NCBI GenBank assembly: GCA_003140175.1
Contig: PLJD01000048.1
Coordinates: 4,275-68,274 of the forward strand
Direction of reading: 5' to 3'
Length of the DNA: 64,000 nt
Origin: Actinomycetota bacterium
GTDB lineage: Bacteria; Actinomycetota; Acidimicrobiia; IMCC26256; PALSA-555
Below are positions 35,456-43,173 of this stretch, one piece after another. Both the position numbers and the translations under genes were made by a program. The notes beneath the pieces were generated by a model. The model was not told the DNA's origin and did not search any database. It was given only the letters and a program-made list of their open reading frames with translations. Position 1 is the stretch's first letter. Each line of letters starts with the position of its first letter.

Positions 35456-35872
35456 ATGAGCCCCGACGAGATCCGCGAGTTCCTCACCACCGGGACGCGC
35501 ACCGCGAAGGTCGCGACGGTCCGCGCCGACGGTCGGCCGCACGTCGCGCCAGTGTGGTTCATCCTCGACGGCGACGACGTGATCTTCAATACCGGAGAGT
35601 CGACGCTGAAGGGCAAGACGCTGCGCCGCGATCCGAGGATCGCGCTCTGCGTAGACGACGACCAGCCCCCGTACGCGTTCGTGCTCGTCACCGGAGAGGC
35701 GTCGCTGAGCACCGACCCCGACGAGCTGGTCCGCTCGGCAACGCGAATCGGTGCCCGCTACATGGGTGACGACCGGGGTGAAGAGTTCGGGCGCCGCAAC
35801 GCCGTCCCCGGCGAGCTCGTCGTGCGCGTCACCCCGACCTCGGTCGTGGCGGAGAAGGACCTCGCCGACTGA
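35456..35872 (+). CDS. PPOX-class (pyridoxamine 5'-phosphate oxidase-like) probable F420-dependent enzyme
   Basis: ATG 35456 (GTG 35447 is the alternative). 138 aa: EIREFLTTGTRTAKVATVRADGRPHVAPVWFILDGDDVIFNTG...IALCVDD...VVRVTP. Confidence 0.75.
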   Translation: MSPDEIREFLTTGTRTAKVATVRADGRPHVAPVWFILDGDDVIFNTGESTLKGKTLRRDPRIALCVDDDQPPYAFVLVTGEASLSTDPDELVRSATRIGARYMGDDRGEEFGRRNAVPGELVVRVTPTSVVAEKDLAD

Positions 35873-35873
35873 C

Positions 35874-36368
35874 GTGGATCCCGATCGGGTCGACGAGCTG
35901 ATGGCTCAGGCGATCGGCGAGGCTCGCGTCGCCTCCGAGGACGGTGACGTCCCCGTCGGGGCCGTGGTCGCGCGACTCGACGACGGCTCGGTCCTCGCCG
36001 CGCGCCACAACGAACGCGAGATGCTCCGCGACCCGACCGCGCACGCGGAGGTCCTGGCGTTGCGCGACGCGGCCGTCGAGCTCGGCTCCTGGCACCTCGA
36101 AGGTTGTGCGCTGGTCGTCACACTCGAGCCGTGCCCGATGTGCGCCGGGGCTGCCGTGGCGGCTCGCCTCGACCTCGTCGCGTTCGGCGCGCCGGATCCG
36201 AAGGCTGGTGCGCTCGGCAGCCTGTACAACCTCGGTGCCGACCCTCGGCTCAACCACGAGTTCACGGTGATCGACGGCGTTCGAGCGGACGAGTGCGGTG
36301 CTTTGCTCAGCGCTTTTTTCCGGGCCCGTCGGGCTCGGCCAGGGGGACACGAGGCCGACCACTCGTAG
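35874..36368 (+). CDS. tadA: tRNA-specific adenosine deaminase
   Basis: GTG 35874 lies 1 nt after the previous stop. HAEVLALR and TLEPCPMCAGA zinc motifs. 164 aa. Confidence 0.9.
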   Translation: MDPDRVDELMAQAIGEARVASEDGDVPVGAVVARLDDGSVLAARHNEREMLRDPTAHAEVLALRDAAVELGSWHLEGCALVVTLEPCPMCAGAAVAARLDLVAFGAPDPKAGALGSLYNLGADPRLNHEFTVIDGVRADECGALLSAFFRARRARPGGHEADHS

Positions 36369-36378
36369 ACTCGCCGGC

Positions 36379-36470
36379 GGAGGGATGCCGGAGCGGCCGA
36401 ACGGGGCGGTCTCGAAAACCGCTGTGTCTAGCAATGGGCACCGTGGGTTCAAATCCCACTCCCTCCGCCA
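36379..36470 (+). tRNA. tRNA-Ser (anticodon CGA), CCA encoded
   Basis: Acceptor GGAGGGA/TCCCTCC, anticodon stem GCGGT/ACCGC with loop CTCGAAA, long variable arm, T arm GTGGG-TTCAAAT-CCCAC, discriminator G plus CCA. Confidence 0.9.
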
Positions 36471-36494
36471 CTCCCTCCGCCACTCCCTCCGCCA
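36459..36494 (+). repeat. Three perfect tandem copies of CTCCCTCCGCCA; the first copy is the 3' end of tRNA-Ser(CGA)
   Basis: Copies at 36459-36470, 36471-36482 and 36483-36494 are identical and contiguous. Confidence 0.95.
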
Positions 36495-36550
36495 CCAGCG
36501 GACGGATTGATCGGCGCGGGAGCCGCGCCCCGCCAGTTGGCGCGGCCGTT

Positions 36551-38833
36551 TTACTCGTGGCGCAGCGCCGCAGCGACCTCGGCGTCGGCGTCTCGGGGCG
36601 GCGCGGCGGGTGCCTCGAGCAGCACGAAGCGGAGCCCCGCGGTACACGGGAACGGCGGCTCGTAATCGTCCGAGACGGGGAAGCCTCGGTCGCGGCCGAG
36701 GAGGAGGCCGGCGCCGCCGATCTGCCATCGGAACGGCAAGTCGAGCGGCACCAAGCCGTCGGCGACCACCGAGTCTACGACGCGGATCCCGAGGGGACCA
36801 CCAGGCGTCGAGCCTCGCCGATACTCCACCGTGAGGGTCCGGGCACCCGCGGCGAGCGGCTCGGGAGCCGCCAAGCGCCACGGCGTGCCGAGCAGGCTGA
36901 AGGCGACGACGGGCCGGCCGGCGAGGAGGTAGCACGCCCAGCCGTTGTTCCAGTCCCCGAGCGCGCAGACCACACCCTCACTCCCCGCGGCGGGGACGTC
37001 GAGACGGGCCTCGAGGACGAAGCCGCCGAGCAGCGAGGGAATGGAATCCTCGGAAACCGGACCGCCGCCCGGGCGTAGGACGGCCCGGCGACGGGGACCG
37101 TACGGGGCGGGCTCGAGCGCGCGCACCCGTTTGATGAGGCTGTCGTCGAGGGGCAGCACCTGGTTGCGGCCCGCTTCGATCCACCAGCGCTCGACGAGCT
37201 GCCCGGTCAGCTCGGGTTCCTCGTCGGCGCGGTCGTGGGCTTCAGAGAAGTCGTCGTCGAGGTGGAACAAGCACCAGCGGTCGGTGTCGAAGTCGCGGCT
37301 CCCCTCGAGCCGTTCACGCTCCACCGCCAGCTGGTCACCGACGTGGTCGGTGGTGGCTTTCCAGCCGTCGTGGTAGATCGCCCGTGACCCGATCATCTCG
37401 AAGTACTGGGTGTCGCGGGGACTCGGCGCGTCGGGGTCGGCGAACGTCGGGAGCAGGCTCGCCCCGTTGAGCGGCTGCTGGGTGACGCCGTCGACGACGG
37501 GTGGAACCTCGAGCCCGATCGCGTCGAGGACAGTCGGAAGCACGTCCACGGCGTGACAGAACTGCGGGCGGACGGTCCCGGCGTCGGCGAGGCGCCCGGG
37601 CCAGCGCGCGACGAGCGGCGTGCGCACGCCGCCGAGCCACGTATAACGCTTCCAGAGCCGCAGCGGCGTGTTCCCGGCCCACGCCCAACCCCAGGGATAG
37701 TGGTTGTAGGCGCGGAACCCGCCGAGGTCGTCGAGACGGGCGAGCGTCTCAGCGGGATCGTCGAGCACGTCGTGGGTGAAGCGGTGCTCGTTGATCGACC
37801 CGTAAGGGCCGCCCTCGGCGCTGGTGCCGTTGTCCGAGCACACCAACAAGAGGGTGTCGTCGAGCACGCCGAGCGTCTCGAGGAACGACACGAGACGCCC
37901 GAGCTGCTCGTCGGTGTGGCTCAGGAACCCCGCGAACGATTCCATGAGCCGCGCGAAGAGCCGCCGCTGGTCTTCCGAGAGGTCGCCCCAGGCGTCCACC
38001 CACGGCGGACGGGCGGTGAGGGTGGTGCCGGGGGGGACGATGCCCAAGGCCTGCTGGCGCTCGAAGGTGCTCGCCCGCCAGGCGTCCCAGCCGTCGTCGA
38101 AGTGCCCCCGGTACCGGTCGATGAACTCGCGGGGCGCGTGGTGCGGCGCGTGGGTGGCACCGGTCGCTAGGTAGAGGAAGAACGGTTTGGCCGGCGTGGC
38201 CTGGTGCTGGTCTTGGATGAGCCGGATCGCCTGGTCCACCAGGTCTTCGGTCAGGTGGTAGCCCTGGGCCGGTGAGCGGGGCGGCTCGATGAAGCCGTTG
38301 TCGCGGACCAGCGCAGGCGTCCATTGGTTGGTGTCGCCGGCGAGGAAGCCGTAGTAGCGCTCGAAGCCCAGGCCCAGCGGCCAGCGAGCGAAGGGCCCCG
38401 ACGCGCTCTGCTCCCAGCGGGGAGCGAGGTGCCATTTGCCGACCGCGAAGGTGCTGTAGCCCGCGTCGCGCAGGATCCGGGGCAGCGCCGCGGCCGACGC
38501 CGGGATCCGTCCGTTGTACCCGGGGAACCCGGTCGGCAGGTCGGACAGGAACCCCATGCCGACCGCGTGGTGGTTGCGGCCGGTCAGCAGACAGGCGCGG
38601 GTCGGCGAGCACAGCGCGGTGACGTGGAACCGGTTGTACCGCAGCCCTTCGGCGGCGACGCGGTCGATGGTCGGCGTGGCGAGATCGGACCCGAAGCTGC
38701 CGAGTTGGCCGAAGCCGAGGTCGTCGAGCACGACGAGCACGACGTGGGGTGCGCCGCTCGGGGGTCGCGGCGGCGGGGTGAACGCGGGCGTCGACTCGGC
38801 GGTGGTGCGCCCGATGCTCGCCCGCTCCGCCAT
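36551..38833 (-). CDS. Arylsulfatase (formylglycine-dependent sulfatase family)
   Basis: ATG 38833 with GAGGAGG upstream (the ORF runs to GTG 38857). VVLVVLDDLGFGQLG and the CSPTRACLLTGRNHH sulfatase signature. 760 aa. Confidence 0.88.
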   Translation of the reverse strand: MAERASIGRTTAESTPAFTPPPRPPSGAPHVVLVVLDDLGFGQLGSFGSDLATPTIDRVAAEGLRYNRFHVTALCSPTRACLLTGRNHHAVGMGFLSDLPTGFPGYNGRIPASAAALPRILRDAGYSTFAVGKWHLAPRWEQSASGPFARWPLGLGFERYYGFLAGDTNQWTPALVRDNGFIEPPRSPAQGYHLTEDLVDQAIRLIQDQHQATPAKPFFLYLATGATHAPHHAPREFIDRYRGHFDDGWDAWRASTFERQQALGIVPPGTTLTARPPWVDAWGDLSEDQRRLFARLMESFAGFLSHTDEQLGRLVSFLETLGVLDDTLLLVCSDNGTSAEGGPYGSINEHRFTHDVLDDPAETLARLDDLGGFRAYNHYPWGWAWAGNTPLRLWKRYTWLGGVRTPLVARWPGRLADAGTVRPQFCHAVDVLPTVLDAIGLEVPPVVDGVTQQPLNGASLLPTFADPDAPSPRDTQYFEMIGSRAIYHDGWKATTDHVGDQLAVERERLEGSRDFDTDRWCLFHLDDDFSEAHDRADEEPELTGQLVERWWIEAGRNQVLPLDDSLIKRVRALEPAPYGPRRRAVLRPGGGPVSEDSIPSLLGGFVLEARLDVPAAGSEGVVCALGDWNNGWACYLLAGRPVVAFSLLGTPWRLAAPEPLAAGARTLTVEYRRGSTPGGPLGIRVVDSVVADGLVPLDLPFRWQIGGAGLLLGRDRGFPVSDDYEPPFPCTAGLRFVLLEAPAAPPRDADAEVAAALRHE

Positions 38834-38907
38834 GGTGGCCTCCTCGTCGCGGTGCACGCCGGGTGGCGCGTCGTCCCGATCGAGCCGACGCGGGCTCTCC
38901 GCTCCGA

Positions 38908-38929
38908 CCGCCCCGCACGTTAGGGGCGG
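38908..38929 (-). terminator. Hairpin downstream of metF
   Basis: CCGCCCC-(8 nt)-GGGGCGG, 34 nt after the metF stop. No U tract. Confidence 0.3.
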
Positions 38930-38962
38930 CGGGTCACGCCCGTTGACGGGCCGTGGCGGCGG

Positions 38963-39841
38963 TCATCCGATGGGGGCGAGACCCAGGTTGGCGGCGATCT
39001 CACGGGTGGCCGGCGACCGGTTCAACGTGTAGAAGTGCAGTCCGGACGCGCCACCTTCGAGCAGTTCGGCGCACAGCCGGGTGGCCTCGTCGATCCCCAC
39101 TCGGCGGACGGTGTCGGGGTCGTCCTCGACGGCGTAGAGCCGCTCGGCGAGCCAGGGGGGAAACGCCGAGCCCTGCAGCGCGGCCATGCGTTGAATTCCG
39201 GCGATGCTGAGCACCGGCATGATCCCGGGAATGACCGGCTTGTCGACGCCCCGGGCGCGCAGCGCCTCGACGAGTTCGAAGTAGTGGTGGGCCTCGAAGA
39301 AGAACTGGGTGATGCCGAAGTCGGCCTCGGCGAGCTTCTCGGCGGTGTAGCGCCGATCCGACTCGACGCTGGGCGAGCGGGGATGAGGTTCGGGGTGCAC
39401 GGCGACGCCGATCGAGAACGGGCCGGCGTCGCGCACGAGCCGGACGAGATCGATGGCGTGGTCCAGCTCGCTGGGCGGCAGCACGACGTCGGGCGGAGGG
39501 TCGCCGCCGAGGGCGAGGATGTTCTCGACTCCGGCGTCGCGATAGCGCCCGACGATCGTCTCGAGCTCGGCGCGGGTGTGCCCGGCGCACGTCAGGTGCG
39601 CCATCGCGGTCATCGAGGTGCCTTGGTTGATCTGCACCACGAGCTCGTGGGTGCGTTCCCGGGTGCTGCCGCCGGCCCCGTAAGTCACCGACACGTAGGA
39701 CGGGTGGAGGGGCTCGAGCTCTTGGAGTGTCCGCTCGAGCTGGGCCTCGGCCTCGGGCGTGCGCGGCGGGAAGAACTCGAAGGACAGCGTGCGCTCACGC
39801 CGCAGGATGTCGTCGATCTTGGCCACCAACGACCTGCCCAT
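38963..39841 (-). CDS. metF: 5,10-methylenetetrahydrofolate reductase (MetF-type)
   Basis: ATG 39841 places the start 19 aa before LSFEFFPPRTPEAE, as in E. coli MetF. VSVTYGAGGSTRERT, AMAHLTCAG and LHFYTLNR motifs. No obvious SD, so the start is uncertain (the ORF runs to 39943). Confidence 0.88.
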   Translation of the reverse strand: MGRSLVAKIDDILRRERTLSFEFFPPRTPEAEAQLERTLQELEPLHPSYVSVTYGAGGSTRERTHELVVQINQGTSMTAMAHLTCAGHTRAELETIVGRYRDAGVENILALGGDPPPDVVLPPSELDHAIDLVRLVRDAGPFSIGVAVHPEPHPRSPSVESDRRYTAEKLAEADFGITQFFFEAHHYFELVEALRARGVDKPVIPGIMPVLSIAGIQRMAALQGSAFPPWLAERLYAVEDDPDTVRRVGIDEATRLCAELLEGGASGLHFYTLNRSPATREIAANLGLAPIG

Positions 39842-39936
39842 GTGTCGGGGGAGCACAAAGCGTAGGCGACCCGACCGTTGCGGGGCTCGGCTGTTCGCCC
39901 CGGCCGGCACCGCGATGCCCGTGCCAGACTGCGGGG

Positions 39937-41058
39937 ATGCCACCGGAGAAGTTCCAATGGGAGCACCTCTACCGCGAGGTCGTCACGAGCGGGCTGTGCA
40001 CGGGCTGCGCGGGGTGCGTCATCGCCTGTCCCCACGACGTGCTCGGCTACCGGGATGACGCGGGGATCTACAAGCCGTTCCAGACCGAGGAGGGCTTCGG
40101 GCCCAACGACTGCTCACACGGTCAGAAGGGCTGCACGAGCTGCACCCGGGCCTGCCCGCGCTTTCGAGCCTGGGAGCCCGAGATCGACGAGTTCTTGTTT
40201 GGGCGTCCCCGCGCCCCGGAGGAGGTGGCGGGGATCAGCGCCGATATCTGCCTCGCTCGGGCGACGGACCCGGTCCTCGCGGAGGTCGGCCAGGACGGCG
40301 GGCTCGTGTCGGCGATTCTCCTGTACGCGCTCGAACACGACCTCATCGACGCGGCGCTCGTCTCGTTCCTCGAAGGCGATGGCTCGACGTGGAAGGCGGT
40401 GCCGGGGGTCGCCCGCACGAAGGAGCAGATCCTCGCCTCCGCGGGGAGCCGCTACACGTATTCGGCGAACACCCTGGCCTACCACGACGCCGTCGAATCG
40501 GGCGCTGAGCGCATCGCCCTTGTCGGCATGTCGTGTCAGAGCTCGGTGCCGCCGGTGATGAAGCAGCGCCGGGCGGGCAAGGTGGCGCGCCGCTTGACGT
40601 TGAACATCGGCTTGCTGTGCTCGAAGACCTTCGATGACGCGATCTTCGACGAGCTCCTCGACGCGAAGTACGGCTTGAAGCGAGCCGAGATCAAGAAGAT
40701 GAACATCAAGGGGCGACTCCAGGTCTGGATGCGCGACGGCGCCTACCACGAGGTGCCGTTGAAGGAATGTCAGGCCTGGACGCGGGAGGGCTGCAAAGCC
40801 TGCCCAGATTTCGCGGCCGAACACGCGGACATCTCGACCGGGGGCATCGGCGCGTTCAACGACTGGACCCTGACCATCGTGCGCACCGAGGTCGGACGCG
40901 AGCTCCTCGACGGCATGATCGCCGAAAACTGGATCGAGACCCGACCGGGGGACGACGACCCGGGGGCCATCGAGTTGCTCCACAAGCTGGCTCGCAAGCA
41001 GCGGTCCCGTTGGCCCGACGCCGTGTCCGTGGACGCCCCGCGCCTCGTCCAGGCATAG
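39937..41058 (+). CDS. FrhB/FdhB-family (coenzyme F420 hydrogenase/dehydrogenase beta-like) Fe-S flavoprotein with N-terminal 2x[4Fe-4S] ferredoxin motifs
   Basis: 373 aa. CTGCAGCVIACP and C(x7)CTSCTRACP cluster motifs. FrhB-like core (GQDGGLVSAILLYAL, IALVGMSCQ, IGLLCSKTF) and C-terminal CKACPDFAAEHADISTGGIG. Confidence 0.75.
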   Translation: MPPEKFQWEHLYREVVTSGLCTGCAGCVIACPHDVLGYRDDAGIYKPFQTEEGFGPNDCSHGQKGCTSCTRACPRFRAWEPEIDEFLFGRPRAPEEVAGISADICLARATDPVLAEVGQDGGLVSAILLYALEHDLIDAALVSFLEGDGSTWKAVPGVARTKEQILASAGSRYTYSANTLAYHDAVESGAERIALVGMSCQSSVPPVMKQRRAGKVARRLTLNIGLLCSKTFDDAIFDELLDAKYGLKRAEIKKMNIKGRLQVWMRDGAYHEVPLKECQAWTREGCKACPDFAAEHADISTGGIGAFNDWTLTIVRTEVGRELLDGMIAENWIETRPGDDDPGAIELLHKLARKQRSRWPDAVSVDAPRLVQA

Positions 41059-41072
41059 CCCGGCCAGCCTCG

Positions 41073-41381
41073 ATGCGGGTCGCGGCGCTCGTCGATGATC
41101 TCCTCGACCGGTCACGCCTCACCGCCGCGCTCCCGGACACGACGTTCGTGCGCGACCCGGCGGCGCTTCCCGACGTCGACGTCGTGATCGTCGATCTCGT
41201 CGGGCACGGCGACGCGCTCGAGTCGCTGCGCGCCGCCCAGCCCCAGGTCCGAATTGTGGCCTTCGGGCCTCACGTCGACGCCGACGCGCTGGCGGCCGCC
41301 GGGGCGGCGGGCGCCGACATCGTCCTGCCCCGCTCCCGGTTCTTCCGGGATCCCAGGGCTGCGGTGGCACCCAGTCCCTGA
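41073..41381 (+). CDS. Small hypothetical protein with degenerate receiver-like (pseudo-receiver) pattern
   Basis: 102 aa. MRVAALVDDL / VVIVDL / RIVAFGPH / DIVLPRS alternate like the CheY beta strands, but the conserved Lys-Pro is absent. It starts 14 nt after the FrhB-like gene. Confidence 0.45.
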   Translation: MRVAALVDDLLDRSRLTAALPDTTFVRDPAALPDVDVVIVDLVGHGDALESLRAAQPQVRIVAFGPHVDADALAAAGAAGADIVLPRSRFFRDPRAAVAPSP

Positions 41382-41400
41382 AGCGTGCCAGCCTCTGGCG

Positions 41401-43101
41401 GTGCGGGACGAGGGGGAGTTCGAGGGTCGTAACGCGCCGCGGGGAGCCCGGGTCGAAACCCCCGTGCGGACCGTCGTGGCACGCGTCGAGGCCGCGGCCA
41501 GCGCTGGGGCGTCCCTCACGCTGATCGGGTCCGCGGCCGGGGGTGGCGTCGAGACCCTGTCGTGGGGTCGGGTCCACGAGGACGCCCAGGCGGCCGCCGC
41601 CGCCCTCCAAGCCGCCGGGGTCGAGCCCGGCGACCACGTCGCGCTGCTCGGAGCCACGTCGCGGCCCTTCGTCACCGCCATCCAGGCCGTCTGGCTGGCC
41701 GGGGCGACGCTGGTCTGCCTTCCGCTGCCGATGCGGCTCGGCTCGATCGAGGAGTTCGTGGCCCAGACCCGGCGTCGGGTCCGTCACGCGCAGGTCAGCC
41801 TCGTCCTCATCGACGCCGAGCTCGAGCCGTTTCTCCTCCCGGAGCCCGGCGACCCCCCGGTCCGGCGTCTCGACCAGCTGGGAGGCCGGGCCCGGGACTG
41901 GGAGCGACCCGCCGACGACCCCGACGCGCTGGCCCTCTTGCAGTTCACGAGCGGGTCCACCGCCGACCCGAAGGGCGTGATGCTGCCCCATCGCTGTGTG
42001 GTGGACAACATCGACGCCATCGTCGAGGCCGCCGGGCTCGGGTCCGACGACCGCGGCGTGTCCTGGCTGCCCCTGTATCACGACATGGGGCTCATCGGGC
42101 TCTTGATGACCCCGATGCTCACCGGCTTTGACCTCGTGCTCGGCGCACCCACCGACTTCCTCGCCGCGCCGGCCGACTGGCTGCGGTGGATGTCGGACTT
42201 CCGAGGCACGGTCACCTGCGCCCCGAACTTCGGGTATGCGCTGGCCGCCCGCGCCATGCGGCGCCTCGACGACCTCGACCTGTCGGCCTGGCGGCTCGGT
42301 CTCAACGGCGCCGAGCCGATCGACCCGGCTTCCGTCGAGCGCTTCCTCGCCGCCGGCGCCCGCCACGGACTCGACGCCAAGAGCGCCTTTTGCGTCTACG
42401 GCATGGCCGAGGCGGCGCTGGCCATCTCGTTCCCGACGCCCGACACCGGCATGACCGTCGACACCGTCGACCGCGACACACTCGAGCGGGGCGGCTACGC
42501 GGCCCCCGCATCGGGGCCGGGCGCCCGGGCGCTCGCCCGCCTGGGTCGACCCCTGCGGGGACTCGAGGTGCGCGTCCGCGACCCGGGCACCGGGGCGGCC
42601 CGGGCCGAGCGGGAGGTCGGCGAGCTGGAACTGCGAGGAACCTCGGTGACCCCCGGCTACTTCCAACGGGCGGACGTCACGGCGGCGACGTTCCACGACG
42701 GCTGGCTGCGCACCGGCGACCTGGGCTACCTCGTCGACGCAGAGGTCGTGGTGTGCGGGCGCATCAAGGACGTCATCATCATCGGGGGCCGCAACGTGTT
42801 CCCCGAGGAGATCGAGCGGGCCGCCGCCTCCGTCGAGGGTGTGCGGGCCGGCAACGTCATCGCCTTCGGAACCGAGGGCCGGCGAGGCAAGGAAGGGATC
42901 GTGGTCGTCGCCGAGACGAAGCTCGATGACGGCGGCCACCTCCACGACGAGGTGATCGACCGGGTCTGCGACGCCGTGGGCGTCCCACCCCGAGAGGTGG
43001 TGCTGGTGCAGGCGGGAAGCCTGCCCAAGACCTCCTCGGGCAAGCTCCAACGCTCACGCTGCCGAGCCCAGTACCTCGACGACGCCCTCGCCCCCGCCTA
43101 G
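41401..43101 (+). CDS. Fatty acyl-AMP ligase (FAAL)-type adenylating enzyme
   Basis: GTG 41401 is proposed (the ORF runs from 41254). LQFTSGSTADPKGVML, WLPLYHDMGLIG, NGAEPI, YGMAEAALAISF, WLRTGDLGY, GRIKDVIIIGGRNVFPEEIE and LPKTSSGKLQR. An FAAL-like insertion follows the MAEA motif. Confidence 0.8.
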   Translation: MRDEGEFEGRNAPRGARVETPVRTVVARVEAAASAGASLTLIGSAAGGGVETLSWGRVHEDAQAAAAALQAAGVEPGDHVALLGATSRPFVTAIQAVWLAGATLVCLPLPMRLGSIEEFVAQTRRRVRHAQVSLVLIDAELEPFLLPEPGDPPVRRLDQLGGRARDWERPADDPDALALLQFTSGSTADPKGVMLPHRCVVDNIDAIVEAAGLGSDDRGVSWLPLYHDMGLIGLLMTPMLTGFDLVLGAPTDFLAAPADWLRWMSDFRGTVTCAPNFGYALAARAMRRLDDLDLSAWRLGLNGAEPIDPASVERFLAAGARHGLDAKSAFCVYGMAEAALAISFPTPDTGMTVDTVDRDTLERGGYAAPASGPGARALARLGRPLRGLEVRVRDPGTGAARAEREVGELELRGTSVTPGYFQRADVTAATFHDGWLRTGDLGYLVDAEVVVCGRIKDVIIIGGRNVFPEEIERAAASVEGVRAGNVIAFGTEGRRGKEGIVVVAETKLDDGGHLHDEVIDRVCDAVGVPPREVVLVQAGSLPKTSSGKLQRSRCRAQYLDDALAPA

Positions 43102-43173
43102 GGGGACCCGAGCCGGCGGGCGGCGCGGCGGGACCGATCGGCGTCGCGGGCGCCCACCGGCCAGAATGCCCGG

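Noticed and set aside
36298-36510. ORFs translating across tRNA-Ser(CGA) and the 12-mer repeat (SLRHSLRHSLRH on plus, AEGVAEGVAEGV on minus).
   Set aside because: They are composed of the tRNA gene and its tandem repeat and have no independent coding evidence.
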